Shown in pieces: positions 1 through 8,776 of a stretch of 18,660 bases of DNA. Both the position numbers and the translations under genes were made by a program. How positions within the stretch are numbered: position 1 is the stretch's first letter; every line of letters starts with the position of its first letter. This DNA is from Promethearchaeota archaeon (GTDB lineage: Archaea; Asgardarchaeota; Lokiarchaeia; Sigyniarchaeales; SOKP01): NCBI GenBank assembly GCA_048941285.1, contig JBHLNS010000056.1, positions 1 through 18,660 of the forward strand, in the 5' to 3' direction. The notes under the pieces were generated by a model that did no database searches, was not told the origin of the DNA, and saw only the letters and a program-made list of their open reading frames with translations.

Positions 1-1811
1 AGACTTTGTGAGACCTTAATACATGCATTTAGAGTATCTATTATTGTATTAAAATAAAGTGGGTTTCCCCAAATTTTAGCTCTTTCAGAGGAGTCTTTAT
101 AAAAAAATTCAACGGGTTCCAAATCTTCTTGAGCTTTTTCGATCATTACTTCTAACTTCTTAAGGATAAAAGCTGTTTTTATTTTATCTCCAATGGGTGA
201 GTACCCTCGATTTGAAAATTGGCGAGCAACTGAATGAGAATCTGATGTGGTAACTTCCCCTCTTTCTATTCCTCGACTTTGCAAGAAATTCAAGATATTA
301 GAACGGACATCTACATATGCATTATTACCATCGAAGTGAATTAAAGCTGTTTTTTGATTAGTGATTACATTCTTAAATAAATGAAGAACCATTCCTCCAA
401 ATCCAATACCTTCATTTTCAGAAAATTCCTTTAAAGGATCTTTTGCTACCCCATATAACATAGGGAAATTTTGGATTTTTTTTACAGTTTCACTCTCCAT
501 AAACTTTTTACTTACATCAATTAAATCATTTGCTTCTATACTGTTGTTTTTTATTAATATTTCATCACCTAATATCGCATTATGAGAATCTATTACAATT
601 ATTTCTTTATATTTATTCGATAAAGCAATTTTTCTGATATCCTCTCCTATGTCTACCTCTATATCATCTGAAGGAAGCGGGTGTCTTGTGATAAACACAA
701 TTGGAACATTATTAATTTCTGTACCAATTAATTTCGCGGAATTAGATATTTTTCTAGTAAAATCCTTTATTTCCGAGACCCATTCGATCTCACTATCAGT
801 TGATATCTTACTAATGTCTCTTTTAATTCTACTTATTATTTTCTCAATATTACCTTGTGTAGTTAAATTCAGAGAATGATCATTAGTTGTATGATAAACA
901 GTAATTCCAGGAATATCATGAAATTCCTTATAAATATATTCGGGTAAATCTGCTGATCCACATGTCTTAAAAGGTCCAAAATGTACATTTGGTATAATGA
1001 ATAAACCTTTAATTTTTTTAGAATTAGTATTTCTAATTATCAAGTATTGGATTTTTATATCAGAATCTATTCCAACTTTATCAAAGAAACTCTCTATTAA
1101 ATCATCGTTTCCATCAGTTAACATAGAAAGAATAAAAGCTCTTATAAAAGGATATCCTCCCATTCCTGTTAGTTCTTGATAAATATTGCTTACTCGAAAT
1201 AATCCTCTTCTATAAGGAATAGCAAAAAATAATGCACTTACAACAAAAAATACCATTGCTCTTACAAAGAAATCAATGTGAAATTGACCCGTATAAATAC
1301 TAAAGATTAATATAGTTGTTACGGGTTGTACAAGTGAGAGGATTATATTTCCAGAGCGTCCAGCTGTGGTAAATGAAAAATATATAACAAACGATATGAT
1401 ATATGTAATTATAGTTCCTAACATTAAAAATACCTCACGAAGATCTAAACTTAATAATAATGAAACCAATTGTCCGAAAATATATGTAAGTTCCATGATT
1501 ACACTAAAAAATATATTCATCTGGATAGACCACCCTGTTGGAGGCAATTTTAAAATGGGTGCTCTTTTTGAATAAAATAATATGGAGAATGAGCTACCAA
1601 TCCCAGAAGTTAATAAAAAAAGAAAAAAAAAGAGGACAAAATCAAATAAATCTAAATAACCTCTCCAGATATGATTTAATAGAAGTGATATTAATCCTAA
1701 AAGGAATGGAATACCAAAAAAGATGGAAAGCGCTAACTTTTTTGATGAAAATAATTCTAAATAGGATATTATTCCCGGAACTTGACGACTAGCTCTTTTT
1801 TTTATAATCAT
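1..1811 (-). CDS. DUF2070 family membrane protein (predicted neutral-ceramidase-superfamily lipid hydrolase, COG3356-like); 3' end lies outside the window
   Basis: Absent from the ORF track because no stop falls in the window. Manual translation from ATG 1811 gives MIIKKRASRQVPGIISYLELFSSKKLALSIFFGIPFLLGLIS, followed by a hydrophobic N-terminal part. Family motifs follow: FIIPNVHFGPFKTCGSADLP, YHTTNDHSLN, ITRHPLPSDDI, VIDSHN, HFDGNN, TTSDSH. The frame was confirmed at the start, at ~960 and at the left edge (...NACIKVSQS). Confidence 0.9.
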   Translation of the reverse strand, partial: MIIKKRASRQVPGIISYLELFSSKKLALSIFFGIPFLLGLISLLLNHIWRGYLDLFDFVLFFFLFLLTSGIGSSFSILFYSKRAPILKLPPTGWSIQMNIFFSVIMELTYIFGQLVSLLLSLDLREVFLMLGTIITYIISFVIYFSFTTAGRSGNIILSLVQPVTTILIFSIYTGQFHIDFFVRAMVFFVVSALFFAIPYRRGLFRVSNIYQELTGMGGYPFIRAFILSMLTDGNDDLIESFFDKVGIDSDIKIQYLIIRNTNSKKIKGLFIIPNVHFGPFKTCGSADLPEYIYKEFHDIPGITVYHTTNDHSLNLTTQGNIEKIISRIKRDISKISTDSEIEWVSEIKDFTRKISNSAKLIGTEINNVPIVFITRHPLPSDDIEVDIGEDIRKIALSNKYKEIIVIDSHNAILGDEILIKNNSIEANDLIDVSKKFMESETVKKIQNFPMLYGVAKDPLKEFSENEGIGFGGMVLHLFKNVITNQKTALIHFDGNNAYVDVRSNILNFLQSRGIERGEVTTSDSHSVARQFSNRGYSPIGDKIKTAFILKKLEVMIEKAQEDLEPVEFFYKDSSERAKIWGNPLYFNTIIDTLNACIKVSQS

Positions 1812-1952
1812 AACTATGAAAACTAAATGAATTACAATTAGTAATACTTAATTGAAAATATACCTTCTATTCTAATGAATAAGTCATATAATAATATCTT
1901 TTTGTATATGATTGTTATATGATATAAAAAATATATTATTACAAATTTTAAT

Positions 1953-3044
1953 ATGGAAGTAAATACCTTAAGATTGGCAAATCTAGCGAATAAAAGGTTA
2001 AAAGAAAACTTATATGACGGATTTCAACTTTTTATTAAAACCTATGGGACATTAATCCTACCACTGGCGTTTTTTCAAATAGTATTAATCATTTTAGATA
2101 TATTTGTGTTAACCGATTTCAGATATTATTTAAGTACTCTTGAAATAACTTATACACAGATAATGGATAAGATTTATAGCGGATTAACACTTACCGCGTA
2201 TGAGTGGAATTTCTTATCTGTGTTTTTAATCTTAAGTTTTATGCTAATATTTTTTCAAAATCTTATAGGGGCACTAATTATCTCAATCGCTATGTGTTCT
2301 GTTAGTGTTTATGTTTTTAGAAAATTTATGAAAGAGGAGATTAGTTTTATTGACGCATTTAAATCAGCTTTCAATAAAAAGATGTTACTAGTGATTTTGA
2401 TTTTAGGCATATGTCTACCAATAAGCTCAATATTGTTATATATTCCTGCAGTCATTATTTTCATATTTTTCATTTTTATCATCTTCACATATAATATAGA
2501 ATCAAATAGAAATCCTATATCAGAAGCTCGTGCGATTGCTAAAGGAGGATATTGGAGAATAATTGGGATATTTGTAATCAATGTCATTTTAATTTCCACG
2601 ATTAGGTTTTTTTTAAATTCATTATTAGCTTTAATCTTAAACGCAGAATCAGCAAGTTTCATAGCAACTTATAATAGTTGGTATGATCCTGTTACAAGAA
2701 ATTATGGAATGCTTATTCTTTATCAAATATTTGTTAATATTGCTGATATAATTTTTGCCCCATTATTTATATGTTTGCTAACCGCATTGTTCTCATCATT
2801 AAAAGCCAAAAGAGACTTGAATTATTTACATCAACAAGGGTATCATCCAGTAAGAGAAATTCATAGCGAAGCATATCATTTACGACAAGAATTATATGAA
2901 CCTACTGAAACAAAGGATATTTCTCCAAAAGTTCACATTGAAGAAAAATTTTATTGTCCCTATTGTGGGCATTTTATTTCTATACCAGAAAGATTTTGTC
3001 CAAAATGCGGTGAAAATATTCAATTTATTTCAAAAGAAAAATAA
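1953..3044 (+). CDS. Multi-pass membrane protein with C-terminal zinc ribbon
   Basis: 363-aa ORF with about 6 hydrophobic segments. It ends in CPYCG-x8-FCPKCG. Divergent from the DUF2070 gene. Confidence 0.85.
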   Translation: MEVNTLRLANLANKRLKENLYDGFQLFIKTYGTLILPLAFFQIVLIILDIFVLTDFRYYLSTLEITYTQIMDKIYSGLTLTAYEWNFLSVFLILSFMLIFFQNLIGALIISIAMCSVSVYVFRKFMKEEISFIDAFKSAFNKKMLLVILILGICLPISSILLYIPAVIIFIFFIFIIFTYNIESNRNPISEARAIAKGGYWRIIGIFVINVILISTIRFFLNSLLALILNAESASFIATYNSWYDPVTRNYGMLILYQIFVNIADIIFAPLFICLLTALFSSLKAKRDLNYLHQQGYHPVREIHSEAYHLRQELYEPTETKDISPKVHIEEKFYCPYCGHFISIPERFCPKCGENIQFISKEK

Positions 3045-3065
3045 CAAATAAAAAAGAACACGAAT

Positions 3066-3857
3066 ATGTATGTAAATATTGAAAAGAAGTTTGATTTGGA
3101 AAGAGAGGCTATTAAAAATCCAGTAGTCCTGATTGGATGGCCTGGAATAGCTTTAGTAGGCAAATTGGCAATTACATCAATACAAGAGTCTTTACAAGCA
3201 GAAGAATTTTTAAATATTCAATATTTTGATTTTCCTCCTAAATCAATTGTAGAAAAAGGCTCATTAGAAATTCCATTAGCAAAACTTTATTATAAATCAA
3301 CGAATAGAGAAAATGGAAATGATTTTTTTATTTTAACAGCTGATTATCAGCCTCAGAGCCCTGCTGGTGTTTTTGAGTTCTCAAAGATATTTTGTGAAGA
3401 AATGGATAAAATAACTGGTGGAAACATAAAAATGTACTTAAGCACAGGAGCAATGATTACTGACCAAGTTCATGATAATCCAATTGTTTATGTATGTGGA
3501 ACCGACCAAGGATTAGTTCAATCCTTCTTTAAGTTTGAAAATACTAAATTATATGAGGGAGGGTATATTTCCGGTGCAAATGGTATCCTACCAGCTTGGG
3601 CTGGAGCAAATGGATATGGTCCGGGGATTTGTTTATTAGCAGAAACTTTACCAATGCCAATGATGACTCTAGATCCTCGTAGTTCAAAAGCTCTTGTTGC
3701 GTTATTAAAAGATTATTTTTCCATTGATATGGATTTTAGTAAACTCAATGAGAAGATCAAAGAAATGGAAAGTATCTTCGAATCATTTAAAAAACAAGCG
3801 GATCAATTTATAAGACCACCTCAAGAAGATAAAGGAACAGATTCATATTTCCGTTAA
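3066..3857 (+). CDS. PAC2-family proteasome assembly chaperone (archaeal Pba type)
   Basis: Motifs LIGWPGIALVGKLA, DFFILTADYQP, ISGANGIL, GICLLAET and DPRSS; helical C-terminus ending SYFR. Confidence 0.92.
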   Translation: MYVNIEKKFDLEREAIKNPVVLIGWPGIALVGKLAITSIQESLQAEEFLNIQYFDFPPKSIVEKGSLEIPLAKLYYKSTNRENGNDFFILTADYQPQSPAGVFEFSKIFCEEMDKITGGNIKMYLSTGAMITDQVHDNPIVYVCGTDQGLVQSFFKFENTKLYEGGYISGANGILPAWAGANGYGPGICLLAETLPMPMMTLDPRSSKALVALLKDYFSIDMDFSKLNEKIKEMESIFESFKKQADQFIRPPQEDKGTDSYFR

Positions 3858-3939
3858 TTATATTTTTATCAAATTCTATGGATATTATAATTTATTAAAA
3901 AATATTAGACAATCAATATCAACTAAGATATATTGACTT

Positions 3940-4920
3940 ATGGTGCAGGATACTAGTTTCATTGAAAGTAATAAAAAAATAAGTGATAAATTAACACTCT
4001 ATGGAATTAATGTACAATCCTGTAATTATATTAAAGATATAATCACATTAATTAACAAAGAGATTGGTATTAACAAGATATTATCGATTTTATTATTTGG
4101 TAGCCAGATATCAAAGAATGACAAATCTTCAATATCTGATTGCGATCTATTAATTATCTTTAAAGACCGAGTGTCAAATCATCATATTAAAGAAATAGAA
4201 AAATATTTTATTGCCTTGGAAATCAAACATAATTTTAGAGAATTTAGCAAACACTTTTTTAATAGGATTTTAGGAGTCATTAATCAAACAACAGGCATAT
4301 TTGTAAGTCACTTTTTAACTAAAAGAAAATATTGGGAAGATAATATCTTTCATAAAATATTCCGAGTCAATAAAGTATTCTCATCTTTATTTGCACCACG
4401 TAAAATTGTATTAGGAAATGTGTTGATAAATAGTTCAATTTTATATGGAGATGATTTAAGGGAAGATATTCGGCCAAAAATCCAAATTACTATACAAGAG
4501 ATGATTAAAAGTACTGTTATGAATTTAATGATTTCGCTTTTTTCTCTTGCGATTTCATTCCTAAAGAAATTAAAGCCAACTAAATACCAGTTAGAAGCAA
4601 TAAAATGGGCGTTAAAAGCATCGAATTATTATTGTTTTCAAGATTCTCCAGATCTTAAAAAAATTACTGATAGATTTATTTCTTTTGAAAGAAAAAAATT
4701 ACAGAAAAAGGCAATACGCTTTTTCGAGGAATTTCTTCAATTGAGAAAATTACCTCGTAATAAAGTTAGTTTTATGATTCGATGCCCGATAAGAATTGTT
4801 AAAATTCACACTAAAGCAATTTTGTTCAAAAAATTGGTTAAAAGAAAAGAAAAATTGACATTACCTTCAAAACAACTTAAACCAATTATACCCGATCATA
4901 CTTTTCCTTTAAGATTCTAA
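3940..4920 (+). CDS. Nucleotidyltransferase domain protein (Pol-beta/MNT superfamily) with C-terminal helical region
   Basis: hhFGS...SDxDhhhh signature: ILLFGSQ...SDCDLLII. 326 aa. Confidence 0.85.
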   Translation: MVQDTSFIESNKKISDKLTLYGINVQSCNYIKDIITLINKEIGINKILSILLFGSQISKNDKSSISDCDLLIIFKDRVSNHHIKEIEKYFIALEIKHNFREFSKHFFNRILGVINQTTGIFVSHFLTKRKYWEDNIFHKIFRVNKVFSSLFAPRKIVLGNVLINSSILYGDDLREDIRPKIQITIQEMIKSTVMNLMISLFSLAISFLKKLKPTKYQLEAIKWALKASNYYCFQDSPDLKKITDRFISFERKKLQKKAIRFFEEFLQLRKLPRNKVSFMIRCPIRIVKIHTKAILFKKLVKRKEKLTLPSKQLKPIIPDHTFPLRF

Positions 4921-5050
4921 ATTTTAATATTAAAATTTGCTAATTGGGAATAAATTTTTTAAGATTTCAAATATAAAAATATAAATAGATGTTCATTTAT
5001 TTAGAATTGTATTGCATAGAAATTATTAAGTCTTTATGAAGAGGAGAAAT

Positions 5051-5593
5051 ATGGAAAACATTGATATCAAAGAACTTTTTTTAGATATACTAGATATTGT
5101 CAAATTCGAACTTCGTTTTTATAAGGTTCGAGAGAGCCCACTTTTCGAGCGTATCGTTAAAACAAGGATTTTTCAGCAAAAACTCCAAAGACTGAAAGAT
5201 TTCATTAATCAATATTTTGCGATAATGTATAAGGACGAGGAAAGTCCAATAAATCAAGCTGCCTTACGTACTCAACTTGGTAATATTGCTCGATTGACAG
5301 ATTATTATGATGATCTCTCCGACTTCTACACAGATCATACTAAAGAAATGATCACTAGAGATAAGCTTCAAAGTTTAATAGAGTATTCGCATATTGAAAT
5401 TTTATTTTTGGTGTTTACCAATATCTTGGACTGGGAACATTACAAGAGTTCTTTAATATTTCCTCAAGATAAGAATAAAGAAAAGCTTTTGAAAGGATTT
5501 CTTGAAAAGATCGCTAGTACTGAGATAAAGGATATCAGTGATATTATAGATTTGGAACAAACAATCGACACTTTTATTGATAGTGTCGCATAA
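5051..5593 (+). CDS. Hypothetical soluble alpha-helical protein
   Basis: The ORF is open from 5036, but the second ATG (5051) is preceded by GAGGAG and is the likelier start. Charged, helical-looking sequence with no recognised motif. Confidence 0.8.
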   Translation: MENIDIKELFLDILDIVKFELRFYKVRESPLFERIVKTRIFQQKLQRLKDFINQYFAIMYKDEESPINQAALRTQLGNIARLTDYYDDLSDFYTDHTKEMITRDKLQSLIEYSHIEILFLVFTNILDWEHYKSSLIFPQDKNKEKLLKGFLEKIASTEIKDISDIIDLEQTIDTFIDSVA

Positions 5594-5761
5594 ATTATTA
5601 AATTTTATAAAAACTCTGACTTTTAATCCATAAAAGTAAAATTTATATTAAAATTGGCTTGATGTGTTCATAAGAGAATAAGATTTTATTTTAATTAGTA
5701 TAAATTTTATTGAATTGATTTTTCCTTTAAATACTTTATTCAGATTTGAGGCTAAGATAAA

Positions 5762-6037
5762 TTGGTTATAAAAATTAAACTATACGGAGATTTAAGCGTA
5801 AAATTCTCAGTCTATAAAAATGAGAGAGGGCTTCCAAGCACTTTAAATATCAAACCAGAAAAAGTCAAGACCGTTTTTGATATTTTAAATCAATATAACA
5901 TAAGACCGGATGAAATTAGTCATATTTTTATAAATAATAAATATTCTAGGATTGAAAATCAAATTAAAGATGGAGATCGAATTGGAATATTTCCCAAAAG
6001 GATGGGAATAATATTTGTGGAAATAATAAATGATTGA
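5762..6037 (+). CDS. MoaD/ThiS-family ubiquitin-like (beta-grasp) protein lacking the C-terminal Gly-Gly
   Basis: IKIKLYGDL...TVFDIL...IFIN...IKDGDRIGIFP matches the MoaD/ThiS/SAMP pattern. TTG start with GAGG upstream. Ends FPKRMGIIFVEIIND. Confidence 0.85.
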   Translation: MVIKIKLYGDLSVKFSVYKNERGLPSTLNIKPEKVKTVFDILNQYNIRPDEISHIFINNKYSRIENQIKDGDRIGIFPKRMGIIFVEIIND

Positions 6038-6180
6038 TTCTTCTAAAAGGGTTGATATACCTTTTTTCCTATGAGAAAAGAGAATTTAGATATTATTAAA
6101 TATGTAATTCATTATGTATTTGATTAAGCAATGAAGAGATAATAAAAACTGAAATATTTTTTAAAGATATTCTTTGTAAA

Positions 6181-6447
6181 ATGGCAGATTGTTTCGATAA
6201 AATACTGGAAATCCATGAAAATAATGAGGTAAAGAGATATAAGGCTCTAATCAAATTAATGAAGGATCTCGATAAAGAAATTTCAGACGCCATACATGTC
6301 AGAAATTGTTTGATCTTATTATTAAATTTATGTTTTAACCCAGAATCTCCCGATTTTTCTTATAATCGCGGAAAATCGCTCCGTGAGCTTTCTGAAGATG
6401 AACGGCTTGAAATGCAAGAATTATTAAGATGTGAATTTAACAATTAA
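6181..6447 (+). CDS. Small hypothetical protein (frame open upstream to 6124)
   Basis: 88-aa helical-looking ORF that fills the gap and converges with the MFS gene 4 nt away. An in-frame extension LSNEEIIKTEIFFKDILCK precedes the ATG. Confidence 0.7.
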   Translation: MADCFDKILEIHENNEVKRYKALIKLMKDLDKEISDAIHVRNCLILLLNLCFNPESPDFSYNRGKSLRELSEDERLEMQELLRCEFNN

Positions 6448-6451
6448 TATA

Positions 6452-8659
6452 TTAAAAAACTTTAAGTTCAGTTTCTTTCCATTCATCATATAAACTAAAA
6501 ATATTATCGATTTTATCAAGCATCTCTATGAGTGCTTTTTTCGTATTATTATCTTGCTGAAACGTGTCAATAATTACATTATATAAATCGATATCATATT
6601 CTAAAGCAAGATCAGAGATTTTTATTAAATCTTCAGTTTCGACTCCTCGTTCATTTAATTGATTTAGAGTATTTTCTATTTCTTCCTTAAGTTTTATTGT
6701 AGCATTTAAAGATTTCGAACATTTATCAAATAGTTCTTGTTCTTTAACACGTACAATGGTCTCCTCTTCTGATAATTTGGATTTTTCAGTTATAATCTCG
6801 AGTCTTTCATTTAAAAGATATTTCACTCGCTCGTATATCTTGATTGATTCAGAAATACTACTCAAGGATTTAAATAAATGCTGCTTACGGTTTAATCTCG
6901 CTTCAATGATTTTTAAATATGCATCCTCATAGTATGTCTGAATCTCTCCAAAGGTACTCTTCTCCCATTCGCTTATTCTAACATATATTTGTCTCAAATC
7001 CCTCATGATGTCTTTTTTTTCATCTTTTGTTATATCTTCTTGAATCAGTTTATTAAATAAAATATTCGACTCGTGCTTAATCAAAAGAACCTTTAAATAC
7101 AATATATGAGCTTTTTTTTCAATATTTGTAATACTCCGAGATAATCCCTCGCGTTTACAAAATTTAAATATATTTAGGGCTTCTTCCAATAGCTTATTAA
7201 ATTTATCTTTATCATTGATGAGATAATATTTAGAATCTTGAACTTTTTGAATTGCCCTATCCATTTGAATTTCTAATTCAAAAATATAATCAATTAAACT
7301 TAACTGTTTTCTCTCTGATAAAATTCTAGATTTAAAGGACATATCTTTCTCTACATTTCTACTTGCTAATAACCAATAAATTGCAGCTGGAATCCAAAAA
7401 AATATACTAAAAAACATCATATTAAAAATACCACCAAGAAGGGAGATTAAAGTGTATGACACTAATAAGGTTACTCCTTTACCTATTTGTTCTGATAGTT
7501 TAAAGAAGGAAGCTGCGGTACCTTTATGCTCAGGCATATTAACATCTATCATAACTGCACTTCTATTCGCTACAGGTCCAGCACCCAACATTGACGCCAT
7601 TAAAGCAAAAATAAAAAATATAATATATGTTGGATAAGCTACAAAAATTTCACCAATTGTTCTTATCATATATATGAATAGTTCTTCAGTAGGAATGGGG
7701 GTTGGATATGCAAGATTAAAATCATCTGGATTAATTGGGCGCAATGAAAGAAGCAACGTAAGTGCAAAGGGTATTGATAGAATAAGGCATATTGTTGCTA
7801 ATCTTACCCTATTTTTTTTATTTCTTCGAAATAATACATCTCCTAATCGAGCAAAAACACTATTGCCAAGAATATACCCAATACCAATCATTCCAGCAAA
7901 TATTGTAGCAGTTTGAAGTCTTATTTCAAGCGGTATTAAATTAAAATACGAAGTTACTAACATTGAGGTTGTAAAATATACTAATACTGTCCCTGGCACT
8001 ATAGAGAAAAAACCTTGAATAATTAGATATCGATTAGTTTTTTTATTTACTATTGTTTTTAAGTCCTCCTTAGAAATGCGATAACTGTATTCTAAATCTA
8101 ATTCTACTAATTCTAATAATTCATCTTCACTTGCTCCACGTTGAGGTATTTTTACAAAAAAGAGGACAATTACTATAATAATACTTATTCCAGACAATAA
8201 AAGAAATGGAAATCTCCATGTAAGAATTGGACCTAGAAAAGAGGATAATCCTTGTCCTGCCCCATTTGAAATGGAGCTTAAAATAGCTAAAGTTCCAAAC
8301 CAACCAGATCTTTCTTCTGGTGGGATTGCATCTGAAATAATTGAATACCCTACTGGTAAAACACACCCTAGCCCTGCACCACTAGAGATTCTAGAAAGTA
8401 CTAACATAATATAAGAATTCGAAAATGCTGTCAATATCATCCCTATTGTCCATGAAAAGGCTCCTATCATAATAACCATCTTTCTATTAATTCGATCAGT
8501 GTAATAACCCCAAAGTAGCGCAAAAAAAGCGCTTATTAATACAAAGAAAGCATCAGGTATTGCAATTAATGCTTCAGGGATACTAAAATCTTTTTGAATT
8601 GCCGCATAACTAGGAATAAGCATATTTGCACATGCTGTGGACACAAAAAGTAGAAACAT
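6452..8659 (-). CDS. MFS transporter (Spinster-like) fused to a ~300-aa C-terminal cytoplasmic helical domain; true start possibly 8719
   Basis: Motif A (WGYYTDRINRK), TM4 LSRISSGAG, ISDAIPPEERS, WRFPF and a post-TM6 PQRGASE resembling Spinster PxRGxxE. About 12 TM segments end near residue 433, then a charged helical tail. Confidence 0.92.
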   Translation of the reverse strand: MFLLFVSTACANMLIPSYAAIQKDFSIPEALIAIPDAFFVLISAFFALLWGYYTDRINRKMVIMIGAFSWTIGMILTAFSNSYIMLVLSRISSGAGLGCVLPVGYSIISDAIPPEERSGWFGTLAILSSISNGAGQGLSSFLGPILTWRFPFLLLSGISIIIVIVLFFVKIPQRGASEDELLELVELDLEYSYRISKEDLKTIVNKKTNRYLIIQGFFSIVPGTVLVYFTTSMLVTSYFNLIPLEIRLQTATIFAGMIGIGYILGNSVFARLGDVLFRRNKKNRVRLATICLILSIPFALTLLLSLRPINPDDFNLAYPTPIPTEELFIYMIRTIGEIFVAYPTYIIFFIFALMASMLGAGPVANRSAVMIDVNMPEHKGTAASFFKLSEQIGKGVTLLVSYTLISLLGGIFNMMFFSIFFWIPAAIYWLLASRNVEKDMSFKSRILSERKQLSLIDYIFELEIQMDRAIQKVQDSKYYLINDKDKFNKLLEEALNIFKFCKREGLSRSITNIEKKAHILYLKVLLIKHESNILFNKLIQEDITKDEKKDIMRDLRQIYVRISEWEKSTFGEIQTYYEDAYLKIIEARLNRKQHLFKSLSSISESIKIYERVKYLLNERLEIITEKSKLSEEETIVRVKEQELFDKCSKSLNATIKLKEEIENTLNQLNERGVETEDLIKISDLALEYDIDLYNVIIDTFQQDNNTKKALIEMLDKIDNIFSLYDEWKETELKVF

Positions 8660-8776
8660 TACTAAAATAATCGGTGCTAAATCTTTGAATTTTACAGTTG
8701 TAAGTTTAAATCGTCCAATAAGCTATTACCAATAATATTTAATTATAATAAATAGCACTTGAAACTTAAAAAAACT

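Noticed and set aside
649-1792. Four short + strand ORFs (649-879, 997-1179, 1366-1575, 1538-1792)
   Set aside because: Antisense shadows of the motif-bearing DUF2070 gene.
2309-2662. 117-aa minus-strand ORF
   Set aside because: Antisense shadow inside the zinc-ribbon membrane protein gene; no motifs.
3940-5593. MNT-HEPN toxin-antitoxin pair
   Set aside because: The downstream protein lacks an Rx4-6H motif. The NTase's own RIVKIH lacks the usual polar second residue, and the NTase is much longer than typical MNTs.
6035-6046. TGA read-through (selenocysteine) at the end of the Ubl gene
   Set aside because: Read-through would add only about three residues before TAA, with no redox motif and no SECIS-like element seen.
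6096-6293. 65-aa minus-strand ORF
   Set aside because: Overlaps the more protein-like + strand ORF at 6181-6447.
7452-8366. Short ORFs 7452-7637, 7674-7916 and 8127-8366
   Set aside because: Nested in the large MFS gene, antisense or off-frame; no family features.
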